This document shows, one piece after another, positions 1 through 9,043 of a stretch of 64,000 nucleotides of DNA; position 1 is the first letter of the stretch; every line of letters starts with the position of its first letter. Where the stretch lies: assembly GCA_964202905.1 (NCBI GenBank), contig CAXNJO010000005.1, positions 192,001 to 256,000 on the forward strand, in the 5' to 3' direction. The notes beneath the pieces were generated by a model. It searched no databases, was not told where the DNA came from, and saw only the letters and a list, made by a program, of their open reading frames with translations. This DNA is from Polyangiales bacterium. Lineage in GTDB: Bacteria; Myxococcota_A; Polyangia; Polyangiales; JADJQN01. A program made the translations under genes and the position numbers.

Positions 1-282
1 GAAGCCGCACGGCGGCAGCCCGAGCTGCGTATGCGTGCCGTGCCCGAGCGGGTTCGGGGTGAGCGCCGCGGCCGTCGCGATCACGGTCCCGGGCAGAAGC
101 GCGAGAACGAGCCACACGAAGCGCGAGATCCAACCGCCGCGCGGCAGCCCGAAGCGCGCGTCCTGCGGCTCGACGGCGGGCACTGAAAACCGCGCAGCGT
201 GCGGCGCGGCCCCGGACGCCACGGCGACGTCCGGCAGGTTCGGCGCCTCGACGGGCGCGGGGCGGACGGCGGTCTCGCTCAC
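1..282 (-). CDS. DUF2752-like membrane protein (5' part; runs off window start)
   Basis: Manual translation from GTG at 282: ...WISRFVWLVLALLPGTVIATAAALTPNPLGHGTHTQLGLPPCGF; the GTHxQLGLPPCGF motif is typical of DUF2752 proteins. Confidence 0.65.
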   Translation of the reverse strand, partial: MSETAVRPAPVEAPNLPDVAVASGAAPHAARFSVPAVEPQDARFGLPRGGWISRFVWLVLALLPGTVIATAAALTPNPLGHGTHTQLGLPPCGF

Positions 283-357
283 GGGCCGAAGATCGCCACG
301 AGCCCGCGCGGGCGTCAAGCGTCCGCGGCCGGGCGAGCGCGCTACGCTCGGCCGCGC

Positions 358-1245
358 ATGCACGTCCACCTCGTCGACGGCACCTTCGAACTCTTCCGGC
401 ACTTCTACGCGCCGGGCGCCTCCTCGCGTCGGCGTGGCGGTCCCGCGCGCGAGGCGGGCGCCGCGCTCGGCGTCGCGCGCTCGCTGCTCGCGCTGCTGCG
501 CGAGCCGGACGTGACGCACGTCGGCGTCGCCTTCGACACCGAGATCGAGTCGTTCCGCAACGCGCTCTTCGCGGGCTACAAGACGGGCGACGGCCTCGAC
601 CCGGCGCTGCATGCGCAGTTCCCGATCGTCGAGGCGCTCTGCGCGGCGCTCGGCTTCGTCGTGTGGCCCATGCACGAGTTCGAAGCCGACGACGCGCTCG
701 CGACCATGGCGGCGCGCGCGGTCGCCGATCCGCGGGTCGAGCGCGTCGTGATCTGCTCGCCGGACAAAGACCTCGCGCAGTGCATCCGGGGCGCGCGCGT
801 CGTGCGGCGCGATCGCGTGCGCGACGTCGTGCTCGACGAGGACGGCGTCCGCGCGAAGTACGGCGTGTCACCGTCCAGCATCCCGGACCTGCTCGCCCTC
901 GTCGGCGACACGGCCGATGGCATCCCGGGCATCCCGCGCTGGGGCGAGAAGAGCGCCGCGAAGGTGCTCGCGGTCTGGGGCCACGTCGACGCCATCCCCG
1001 ACGACGACACCGCCTGGCGCGTCGCCGTGCGCGGATCCGCCGCCCTCGCTGCGGAGCTCGCCGCGCGCCGCGCAGACGCCCGCCTCTACCGCACGCTCGC
1101 GACGCTCCGCGAGGACGTCCCGCTCGCCGAAGACGTGGACGCGCTCGCCTGGCGCGGCGCCGATCGCGGCGCGCTCACGGCGCTCGCCGCCGAGCTCGGC
1201 GACGCGTCGCTGCCCGGACGCGCACCCCGCTTTCGAGAGACCTAG
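358..1245 (+). CDS. Standalone 5'-3' exonuclease / flap endonuclease (PolI N-terminal domain family)
   Basis: HLVDGT, VAFD, SFRN..YK, EADD, SPDKDL, LVGDTADGIPGIPRWGEKSA (H3TH) motifs; ATG at 358. Confidence 0.92.
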   Translation: MHVHLVDGTFELFRHFYAPGASSRRRGGPAREAGAALGVARSLLALLREPDVTHVGVAFDTEIESFRNALFAGYKTGDGLDPALHAQFPIVEALCAALGFVVWPMHEFEADDALATMAARAVADPRVERVVICSPDKDLAQCIRGARVVRRDRVRDVVLDEDGVRAKYGVSPSSIPDLLALVGDTADGIPGIPRWGEKSAAKVLAVWGHVDAIPDDDTAWRVAVRGSAALAAELAARRADARLYRTLATLREDVPLAEDVDALAWRGADRGALTALAAELGDASLPGRAPRFRET

Positions 1246-1363
1246 AAGCCCAACGAATCCAGCAGCTTACGGCATCCGGCGCGGTGATGTAGCGCGCCCT
1301 CGGGGGCGCACCGCCGCGCACACGGCGACGCACGGCACGGCGGCGTCCGAGGCCCACTCGCCC

Positions 1364-2158
1364 TCAGCGGCGCATCGCCGCGCGCACCGCGGCATAGGGC
1401 GCCTCGACCGCGGGCGCGAGGCGCTCAGCGCCGAAGAGGAGCCGGAGCGCGGCCTGCCCGCGCGGGTCGGCTGCGACCCCGAGCAGCGCCGCGAGCGCGC
1501 GCGTGCGCAGCGCCGGGTCGAGGTCGCGCGCGGCGCAGAGGACATCGCTCGGGATGGGATCGGTGGTCATCAACGGGCGCATCGCGACGTCGCTCGCGTC
1601 GTACCAGCCCGCGGACATCGCCCCGCTGTCGGAACGCGTGAGGTCCATGTTGAAGAAGGTCGCGCCGACGTCGACCTCGCCCGCCGCGACCCGGCGCACG
1701 ACCTCCGCGTGGCTCCCGCAGAAGATCTCGGACCCGAAGAAGCGCCCTGGGTCGAGCCCGCGCAGCACGAGCGCCTGCCGCGGGAACAGGTAACCGCTGC
1801 ACGAGTCCGGCCCCACCCATGCGACGCGCGTCCCCCGGAGGTCCTCGACGCGCTTCCACGGCGAGTCCGCGCGCACGAAGAGCGTACCGAAGAAGTGGGG
1901 CCCCGTGCCCCGCACCACCTCCGCGAGCAGCACCGCGAGACCCTCGTCGAGCGCGCGCACCGCGAGCGCGGGCGGCATCCAGGCGAGTTGCGCCGTGCCT
2001 GCGCGCACGCGCGCCTCGAGCGATGGGTAGTCCGCGCACGGCTCCACGCGCACGTCGAGCCCGAGCTGCGCCCCGAGCAACCGACCCAGCTCTGCGCACC
2101 GTTCCCCGACGGCGCGATGGCCCCGCAGCGGGCCCGTCGCAAACACCAGCGTCCCCAC
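1364..2158 (-). CDS. PhnD-like phosphate/phosphonate substrate-binding protein (orphan)
   Basis: DLRGTRVAW, SCSGYLFP, GSHAEVVRRVAAGEVDVGA, TDPIPSD motifs. Confidence 0.85.
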   Translation of the reverse strand: MGTLVFATGPLRGHRAVGERCAELGRLLGAQLGLDVRVEPCADYPSLEARVRAGTAQLAWMPPALAVRALDEGLAVLLAEVVRGTGPHFFGTLFVRADSPWKRVEDLRGTRVAWVGPDSCSGYLFPRQALVLRGLDPGRFFGSEIFCGSHAEVVRRVAAGEVDVGATFFNMDLTRSDSGAMSAGWYDASDVAMRPLMTTDPIPSDVLCAARDLDPALRTRALAALLGVAADPRGQAALRLLFGAERLAPAVEAPYAAVRAAMRR

Positions 2159-2294
2159 CGGGGCGCAGCGTGTGCGGGCCGCGACGCGCCTGCAAGCCGC
2201 CGCCCGCGTCCACCGCGGCGCGCCCGCCCGCAGAGCGCACCGCCGGTTCCCGTGATTCGCCGAGGCCCGTCCTTCGCCCGATCGGCGAGGTCGC

Positions 2295-3680
2295 TCAGCG
2301 GCGCGGACGCCGACCCGCAGCGCGCGCGAAGGCGACGAGCGCCATCAACCCGGCGAGCGCCCCCGCGAGGCCGCCCGGCGCGCCGCCCGGGCCGCCGACC
2401 GCCGTGCATGCGCAGCCGCCCTCGTTGCTCGGCGGCACCCCGCGCGCGGGCGGCGTCGGCTCGTCCTCGGCGGGCGGCTCATCGCCGCCGGGAGGCGCGG
2501 GCGAGTCGGGCGGCACGCAGCCGCCGTCCACGCAGAGGAAGCCGCCCGGGCAGATGGCCCCGTCGTCCACGGCGCCGTTGCAATCGTCGTCGGTGGCGTT
2601 GCAGGTCTCCCCGCGCGCCATCACGCCGCCCACGCACGCGCCCCACGCGCCGCCGGTGCACGACTGCGTGCCCACGGCGCATCCGCCCACGTCCATGCCA
2701 CAGGGCCGCGACGCGCCGTCCGTGCACTCGCAGCCCGGGTCGACCTCGCCGTCGCAGTCGTCGTCGATCCCGTTGCAGACCTCCATCGCGCCGGGGTTCA
2801 CGGCCGCCGCGGTGTCGTCGCAGTCGACGCGGCCGCCCTCGAGGAGGCCCGGCGTCGCGGGGTTCCAGCCGCAGAGCGAGTAGCCGTCGCCGTCGACGTC
2901 ATAGCCCTCGTCGACCTGCCCATCGCAGTCGTTGTCGAAGCCGTCGCAGACCTCCTCGCTGATCGAGCGGCCGATGTCCGCGAGCGCGAGGCGCAGCTCC
3001 GCGAGGTCGTTGGCCTGCGCGTAGCAGTGGTTCGCTGCCGCCGGATCGCTGAGGGTCACGTCGCAGCCCGGGAGCTCCGTGCCCGCCGCGACCGCGGCGC
3101 GGTTGAGCGTGAGCGGGTCGACCGAGGCGCCGAAGCCGACGATGTGCACCGTGAGGCCGAGCGCGCGCAGGCGCGTGACGGAGTCGACCGGGGAGAAACG
3201 CGTGCTCGGGTCGTAGGGGCTGCACCACTGCCAGCCGTCGGTCACGAGGATGACGTGGTTGGTGCGCGTCGCGTCCTGCAAGCGCGCGTAGCCGCCGATG
3301 ACGTCCAGCGTCTGCGCCATCGGCGTGAAATTGCCCGCGCTCGGGGGCGGCGTGCCGAGGCCGCCGACGATCGTGGCCGCGGGGTTCGCGCCGACGTCGA
3401 TCGAGATGCGCCCGGGCTCACAGCGATCGGGGAACGGGAAGACCTGCAGGCCGAAGTCGATCTGGTCGGCGTAGGCCGTGGCGATCTCGCCGATGGCCAT
3501 CGTCGCGGCCGACCACTTGGTGCCGCCGCCGGGGAGCGTGCCCAGCATGCTCGACGACTTGTCGACGACGAGCAGGACCTGGGGCGCGACGCAGCGGTCT
3601 GCGTGCGCCGTGGCCGCGGGAACGGCGAGCGCGAGGGAAGCGAGCAGGGCGGACGTCGAAGTGAGCCGGGAGGACGACAT
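2295..3680 (-). CDS. Secreted VWA-domain protein with MopE-like Cys/Asp repeats and MYXO-CTERM tail
   Basis: Signal peptide; VDKSSSM MIDAS, FTP, LVTDG; EVCDGFDNDCDGQVDE repeats; GGCAC...TM...RRPRR C-terminus. Confidence 0.88.
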   Translation of the reverse strand: MSSSRLTSTSALLASLALAVPAATAHADRCVAPQVLLVVDKSSSMLGTLPGGGTKWSAATMAIGEIATAYADQIDFGLQVFPFPDRCEPGRISIDVGANPAATIVGGLGTPPPSAGNFTPMAQTLDVIGGYARLQDATRTNHVILVTDGWQWCSPYDPSTRFSPVDSVTRLRALGLTVHIVGFGASVDPLTLNRAAVAAGTELPGCDVTLSDPAAANHCYAQANDLAELRLALADIGRSISEEVCDGFDNDCDGQVDEGYDVDGDGYSLCGWNPATPGLLEGGRVDCDDTAAAVNPGAMEVCNGIDDDCDGEVDPGCECTDGASRPCGMDVGGCAVGTQSCTGGAWGACVGGVMARGETCNATDDDCNGAVDDGAICPGGFLCVDGGCVPPDSPAPPGGDEPPAEDEPTPPARGVPPSNEGGCACTAVGGPGGAPGGLAGALAGLMALVAFARAAGRRPRR

Positions 3681-3908
3681 GGGGGCGGACGATAGCAGGC
3701 CCCGTGCCGCGCTCGCGCGCTCTCTTCGTCGCGCGCGCACCGCGGGAAAGCACGAGGCGGCCCGGGCCCCCGCCGCCGCAGCCGGCCACTCGCGCCGCCA
3801 GCGACCAGGACGCACGCGGCCAGTCGGGTCGCCACCGGCGGCCGAGCGCGCGAAGGGAACTCGCGGAGCGTGGCGGGGCCGTGCTAACTTCGCCGCCGGC
3901 ACGCGAAG

Positions 3909-4746
3909 ATGGCCAAGGGCCCCTCACCCCTGCTCGGATACAACACGAACGTCCGTCACAAGGGGCGCGTGTATCACATCCAGACCGAGGACTCGGGCCT
4001 CGCTCACCCGCACGTCATCACGCACCTCTTCGCGGATGGCGGCCGCATCGTCGCCTCGCGGAAGACCGATTACGCGCAGCACGTCGGCGACGAGGGCTAC
4101 GCGGCGATCGTCAAGCGGCTGATGCAGGAGCAGCACAAGGCGCTCTTCATCGCGCTGCGCGACGGCGTCTACGACCGCGACCTCGAACCGTCCGTCGCGA
4201 GCGTGCCCCCTCCCCCCTGGGCCGCGACGACCGCGAGCGGCAACACCCGCGCCCCGACGGCAGGCGCGTGGCCGCCGAGCCCCTCCGCCCTGCACGCGGC
4301 CGTGACGCAGGAGGCCGCGCCACGCGACACGGCACCGCATGGGACAAGGCCGCTCGCGTCAGCGCCGCATGAAGCAACGCCGCACGAGGCAGCAGCGCGT
4401 GAGGCAGGGATGCACGCCCAGCGCGGTGGCCGCGACCTCGAGGCACTCGAGCGCGCCGCGGCGGCCATCGGCGGCGCCGCGCCGACCGCACGGGACCTCG
4501 ATGCGCTCGAGCGCGCCGCGGCCGCCCTCGGGGGCACGGTGCCCGCACCGCTCGTCGGTGGTGAGCCGCCCGTCGCTGCGGGGCGCTACCAGTCGACGCG
4601 CCCGGCGGTCCGGGCCGAGCGCGTGAGCCCCGCCGCCCGACGACGCGCACGGCGCGCCCGCATTCGGGGGCGATCTGCTCACGGAGCGCTCGCTCGACGA
4701 AGTGATCCTCAGCTACCTCGCCGAGGACCTGGAGCAGGAAGGCTGA
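3909..4746 (+). CDS. RomY-like myxobacterial polarity protein (frameshifted near 4630)
   Basis: N-terminus GYNTNVRHKGRVYHIQTEDSG..PHVITHLF; removing one C at the 4628-4631 C-run gives the C-terminal motif FGGDLLTERSLDEVILSYLAEDLEQEG* (TGA 4744-4746). RomY assignment is from memory of the family. Confidence 0.6.
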
Positions 4747-4751
4747 GCGCG

Positions 4752-5396
4752 ATGCGCGCGCCGGACCGGGGCGACGCGCTCGCGGCGGAACGGGAGACGG
4801 CGTCGTCGACGCGCGCCGCGCAGCTCCTCGCGCGGGCCTTCCACGCCGACCCCTTCATCCGCTGGGCGGAGCCCGACGGCGCGCGTCGGCCCCGCACGAT
4901 GGGCGCGGTCTTCGAGGCCGTGATCGCGCAGGGCGCGAAGCACGGCGGCGTGCTCCACGAGCCGGGCGTCGGTGTCGCGGAGTGGACGTCGCCCGCGCAC
5001 CTCGACATCGGCGTGCTCGACGGCCTCGTGCACGGCGTCTGGCGCGTGGCGCTCGCGACGCCGCCCGCCGTGTGGTGGCGCCTCGCGACGCACGACGCGG
5101 CCGCGCTCGATCGCGTACGACCCTTCCTCGGCCCGCGCTCCGTCTACCTCGCGACGCTCGGCGTCGAGCCCGCGGTCGCCGGTCGCGGACACGGCGGGCG
5201 CCTGCTCCGCGCGGCGCTCACGGCGATGCGCGCGCACGGCGAGACGTGCGTGCTGCGCACCGAGCAGCCGAAGAACGTCGCGTTCTACCGGCACGCGGGC
5301 TTCAAGATCGTGGACGAGTCCGTGATCGCGTCGAGCGGCCTGCGCGTGTGGGTCTTCGCGCGCTCGCTCGCCGACCTCGCGCCCGACGCGGCGTGA
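4752..5396 (+). CDS. GNAT-family N-acetyltransferase
   Basis: LARAFHADP; YLATLGVEPAVAGRGHGGRLL (motif A); NVAFYRHAGF; ATG 4752. Confidence 0.88.
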   Translation: MRAPDRGDALAAERETASSTRAAQLLARAFHADPFIRWAEPDGARRPRTMGAVFEAVIAQGAKHGGVLHEPGVGVAEWTSPAHLDIGVLDGLVHGVWRVALATPPAVWWRLATHDAAALDRVRPFLGPRSVYLATLGVEPAVAGRGHGGRLLRAALTAMRAHGETCVLRTEQPKNVAFYRHAGFKIVDESVIASSGLRVWVFARSLADLAPDAA

Positions 5397-5464
5397 GTCG
5401 CTCTGCCTCCACGCACGACCCGCCTGCACGCTCCGCCTGCGGGACCCGCGCAGTGGTTCAACCA

Positions 5465-6679
5465 CTACGCGCCGAGCGCGGCGATCTCGGTGTCTTCGAA
5501 GCCGGCTTCGCGCAGCACCTCGCGCGTGTGCGCGCCGTGACGCGGGGCCTCGGCGTCCGGTCCCGGCGCGGAGCCCGCGCCGAGCGGCGTGCGCGGCACG
5601 TCGAGCGTCGCGCCGTCCGCGAGGGTCACGCGCGAGAAGACGCCGCGGGCGCGGTGCTGCGGGTCGTCGGGGAGCTCCTCGGGGTCGAGCACGGGCTCGA
5701 GGCAGCAGTCGTGCGCCTCGGCGAACTCGGCCCACTCCGCGCGCGTCCGCGACGCGATGATCTCGGCGACCTTGCGCTTGCACTCCGCCTGATGCGGCCC
5801 GGGCGCGAGCGCCTCGAGGTCGAAGGGCAGGCCGACGCCCCGGCAGAACGTGCCCCAGAACTTCGGCTCGAGCGCGCCGAGCGCCACGGCCCGGCCGTCG
5901 CGCGTGCGGTAGGTGTTGTACGGCGCGATGCCGCCGCCGAGGACGTCCGCGCCCGCGACGGCGCCCATCCCGCCGAAGCGCGACATCATCCCGAACAACC
6001 CGAACGAGAGCGCGCCCTCGCACATGCTCACGTCGACGAAGCGCCCGCGCCCCGTCACGCCGCGCGCCATCAGCGCCGCGAGGATGCCCGCGACCGCGAA
6101 GAGCGCGCCGCCTCCGACGTCCGCGACCTGCATCCCGGGCAGCTGCGGCGCCGCGCCCTCGGGGCCCGTCATGCCGAGCACGCCGGCGCGCGCGAGGTAA
6201 TCGACGTCGTGCCCCGCGCGCTGCGCGAGCGGGCCCGTCTGCCCGTAGCCCGTGATCGCGCAGAAGACGAGGCGCGGGTTGGCCGCGGAGAGCGCGGCGT
6301 GACCGAGCCCGAGCCGATCGAGCACCCCCGGGCGGAAGCTCTCGACGACCACGTCGTAGCGGTCCGCGAGGCGCAGGAGCGCGGCCCGCGCCGCGGGCTG
6401 CTTCAAGTCGAGGACGACGCTGCGCTTGCCGCGGTTGAGCGCGTGGAACACCGCGTTCATGCCGCCGATCTGTGGCGGCATGAGCCGGAGGTAGTCGCCG
6501 CCGCCGGGGTCCTCGATCTTGTCGACCTGCGCCCCCAGCTCCGCGAGCATGCTCGTCGCGAGGGGGCCGGGCAGGAGCCGCGAGAGATCGAGGACCCGGA
6601 TCCCCGCGAGCGGGCGCGGGTCAGCACCGGGGCCGCCTGCGCCGCGCGCGTCGGGGGCGCCGGCAGCGACGTCGCTCAA
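5465..6679 (-). CDS. CaiB/BaiF family III CoA-transferase (alpha-methylacyl-CoA racemase-like)
   Basis: PLAGIRVLDLSRLLPGP, LNRGKRSVVLDLK, ESFRPGV, TGYGQTGP, AGHDVDY; TTG start overlapping upstream TGA. Confidence 0.92.
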   Translation of the reverse strand: MSDVAAGAPDARGAGGPGADPRPLAGIRVLDLSRLLPGPLATSMLAELGAQVDKIEDPGGGDYLRLMPPQIGGMNAVFHALNRGKRSVVLDLKQPAARAALLRLADRYDVVVESFRPGVLDRLGLGHAALSAANPRLVFCAITGYGQTGPLAQRAGHDVDYLARAGVLGMTGPEGAAPQLPGMQVADVGGGALFAVAGILAALMARGVTGRGRFVDVSMCEGALSFGLFGMMSRFGGMGAVAGADVLGGGIAPYNTYRTRDGRAVALGALEPKFWGTFCRGVGLPFDLEALAPGPHQAECKRKVAEIIASRTRAEWAEFAEAHDCCLEPVLDPEELPDDPQHRARGVFSRVTLADGATLDVPRTPLGAGSAPGPDAEAPRHGAHTREVLREAGFEDTEIAALGA

Positions 6680-6999
6680 GCGAGGATCTGCTGGAGCTTG
6701 GTCGCGAGCATCGCGTTGCCCGAGACCTTCAGCTTGCCCTGGAAGTAGAGCTGCATCGCCGCGCCGGGGTTCTCGCTCATCGTCTTCCAGTCGGCGTCGG
6801 TGAGCTCGAGCGTGCAGTCCGCAGCCCCACCCTCGCCCACGGTCACGCCCACGTTCTCCTTGAGATCGACGAACCACGTCCCGCCGTCGTCGCCGCTGAT
6901 CTTGAAGAGGAACGTCGCGCCGATGGCCTTCGCCTTGTCGGGGTTCGCGCTGATCTTGGCGGGGATGTTGGTCGTGAAGTCGGTCTTGGCGTCGGGCAT
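6676..6999 (-). CDS. SCP2 sterol/lipid-binding domain protein
   Basis: GGTWFVDLK, ADCTLEL, AMQLYFQGKLKVSGNAMLATKL; GGAGGA RBS. Confidence 0.92.
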   Translation of the reverse strand: MPDAKTDFTTNIPAKISANPDKAKAIGATFLFKISGDDGGTWFVDLKENVGVTVGEGGAADCTLELTDADWKTMSENPGAAMQLYFQGKLKVSGNAMLATKLQQILA

Positions 7000-7021
7000 G
7001 GTCGGTCCTCCGTGGGGGTCA

Positions 7022-7037
7022 CTGAATGGCGATTCAG
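7022..7037. promoter_or_regulatory. Palindromic operator CTGAAT-N4-ATTCAG upstream of SCP2-CaiB operon
   Basis: CTGAATGGCGATTCAG, 22 bp upstream of the ATG; its reverse complement is identical to 25269-25284. Confidence 0.7.
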
Positions 7038-7215
7038 CGCGACGGAACTAGCACCGGCCCGGCGCGGGCGTCAAGGCTGCGCGGTGCCCCACGGGGCCGC
7101 GCGCGCAAGGCGATCCGCGTGATCCGCGGCGCCCCGCGCGCACCCGCGACGCAGGCCGATCCGCGGGCCAGTTCGTCGCGCGTGGAGGCCGCGTAGTCCG
7201 CGCAGATCGGCGACG

Positions 7216-8076
7216 TCAGCGCCCGCCGCGCAGGGCGCGCACGCGCGCCTCGATCGTGGCGCGGCTCGGGTCCTCGGGGCGCGCGCGGAGGAACTCGCGG
7301 TAGTAGTCGATCGCCTCCTGCGCGCGGTCGAGCTTCTCCGCGGTGATCGCGAGGTTGTAGACGACCTCGGGCAGCCGCGCGAAGCCGTAGGCGGCCGTGA
7401 ACGCCTGCATCGCGGCCTCGAACGCGCGCCGCTGGAACATCGCGACGCCGCGCAGGAAGAACGTGCGCGCCTCGGCGGTGAGCTCGTCGGTCGAGGCCGG
7501 GGCGGCGAAGATCTGGTCGCGTTGTCGCGCGCGCAACGCCTCGAGCCCCGCGATGCGCCGCGCGACGTCGGCGCGCTCGCCCTCGCCGGGCGCCCCGTCG
7601 CGCAGGTAGAGCTGGAAGTACGCGATGCCCTGCTCCGCCTCGCCCATGCGCTCGCACACCCGCGCGACGTTGAAGGCGAGCTCCGCGGAGGGACGCAGCC
7701 GGTACGCGTCGTCGAGCCGCGCGCGCGCCTCGTCGAGCCGCCCCGCCTGGTACGCCGCGAGGCCCTCGGCGAAGAGCGCGCGGGCCCGCGAAAGCGCGGG
7801 ATCGTCCGCCGCCGACACGCCAGGCTCGGCCCCCGACCCGCTGCCCGACGCGTCCGCCTCGGCCCCTTCCGCGCGCGCACCGCCCTCGGGCGCCTCGCCG
7901 CCCGAGGGTGTCGCCTCCGCGCCGCCGGTCCCGCGCGCGTCGGCGGGGACGTCGTCCGTGCCTGCGCCCCCCACGACGGGCGCCGCGCCCCCGCACGCCG
8001 CGGCCCCGCACGCCGCGACTCTGAGCACGGCGGACGCAGCGAGCGCCCGCGAAACCGCCCCGACGGACGCGCGCAC
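7216..8076 (-). CDS. TPR-repeat (lipo)protein
   Basis: Two TPR blocks (ARALFAEG..ELAFNVARVCE; ARTFFLRG..VVYNLA..AIDYYREFL); AAACGG lipobox-like. Confidence 0.8.
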   Translation of the reverse strand: MRASVGAVSRALAASAVLRVAACGAAACGGAAPVVGGAGTDDVPADARGTGGAEATPSGGEAPEGGARAEGAEADASGSGSGAEPGVSAADDPALSRARALFAEGLAAYQAGRLDEARARLDDAYRLRPSAELAFNVARVCERMGEAEQGIAYFQLYLRDGAPGEGERADVARRIAGLEALRARQRDQIFAAPASTDELTAEARTFFLRGVAMFQRRAFEAAMQAFTAAYGFARLPEVVYNLAITAEKLDRAQEAIDYYREFLRARPEDPSRATIEARVRALRGGR

Positions 8077-8079
8077 CGC

Positions 8080-8367
8080 TCAGCCCTTCGAGGCCTCGGT
8101 GGCCTTGTTCTTCGCGCGCTCCTTCTCGAGCTCCTGCTCCATCTTGCGCAGCGCGCGCTTGAGATCGCGGAGCTCCGCCTTCGTGGCGAGGTTGAGCTGC
8201 TTCGCGAGGGTCTCGACGCGCGCGTCGAACTGCTCCTGCGCCTGCTGCTTGAGCTGGAAGCCCTTCATGACGGTCTTCATGACGCGCTCGTCCTGCACGA
8301 GCTTCATGAAGCGCGGGTCCTGCATCACCTTCATGCCTTGGGTCTGGAAGAAGCGCTTGAGGTCCAC
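8080..8367 (-). CDS. Small coiled-coil protein, phasin-like
   Basis: Strong codon bias; LNLATKAELRDLKRALRKME resembles the phasin/BMFP helical motif. Confidence 0.6.
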   Translation of the reverse strand: MDLKRFFQTQGMKVMQDPRFMKLVQDERVMKTVMKGFQLKQQAQEQFDARVETLAKQLNLATKAELRDLKRALRKMEQELEKERAKNKATEASKG

Positions 8368-8407
8368 GTCGCGATCCCTTTCGAGTTGGCGGAGCCCGGC
8401 GTCGCGC

Positions 8408-9043
8408 TCAGTGACCGCCCGCGCCCCCGCCGAAGAGCAGGGAGACGAGGCTGCCGAGGAGCGCGAACAACGAAGCGCCGAAGAACAACAGCACGACCAG
8501 CGGCACCACGACGCTGGCGACGGCGAGCAGGATGCCGAGCCCGACGAGCGCGTAGTCGCCCGGATGCGGCTTTTCCTTTGGGTTTTCTTTGTATTTCTGG
8601 ATGATCTCGAGGTTGCGGCGGTTCGACTTCCAGAAGATGTCGAACACGTCGCCCGCGATCGGGACGCTCCCCGCGAGCGTGTCGACGCCGATGTTCATGA
8701 GCATCCGCCCGATCGCCACCGTCGGCACCTTGTGCTCGAGCGCGAGGAGCAGGAGCGCGATCGAGCCGAGGCCCGTGACGACGTCGCCCGCCGCGGGGAA
8801 GAAGAAGCCGAGCACCGCGTCGAGCCCGATGCCGAGGTTCGTGCCCGGCACGCGCACGACGTCGTCGAGAGTGCGCACGAGCTTCTCGGCCCACGGCGCG
8901 ACGAGCGTGGCGACGGCCTGCCGCTGCTGCGGCGTCGCCTCGGGGAGCAGGCGCTCGACGGCCTTGCCGGCGGCGGTCTGCGCGAGGTCCCGCCCGAGTT
9001 GCGCGGGCACGATCGCGTGGGGCGGAGGGGTGGGCTCGTTCAT
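8408..9043 (-). CDS. DUF4112 domain membrane protein
   Basis: LDDVVRVPGTNLGIGLDAVLG..GD..RMLMNIGVD..GSVPIAGDVFDIFWKSNRRN; ATGA overlap with upstream gene. Confidence 0.88.
   Translation of the reverse strand: MNEPTPPPHAIVPAQLGRDLAQTAAGKAVERLLPEATPQQRQAVATLVAPWAEKLVRTLDDVVRVPGTNLGIGLDAVLGFFFPAAGDVVTGLGSIALLLLALEHKVPTVAIGRMLMNIGVDTLAGSVPIAGDVFDIFWKSNRRNLEIIQKYKENPKEKPHPGDYALVGLGILLAVASVVVPLVVLLFFGASLFALLGSLVSLLFGGGAGGH

Noticed and set aside
1246..1363. Possible tRNA/att-arm motif in the intergenic region after the exonuclease
   Set aside because: No cloverleaf, no second copy and no integrase
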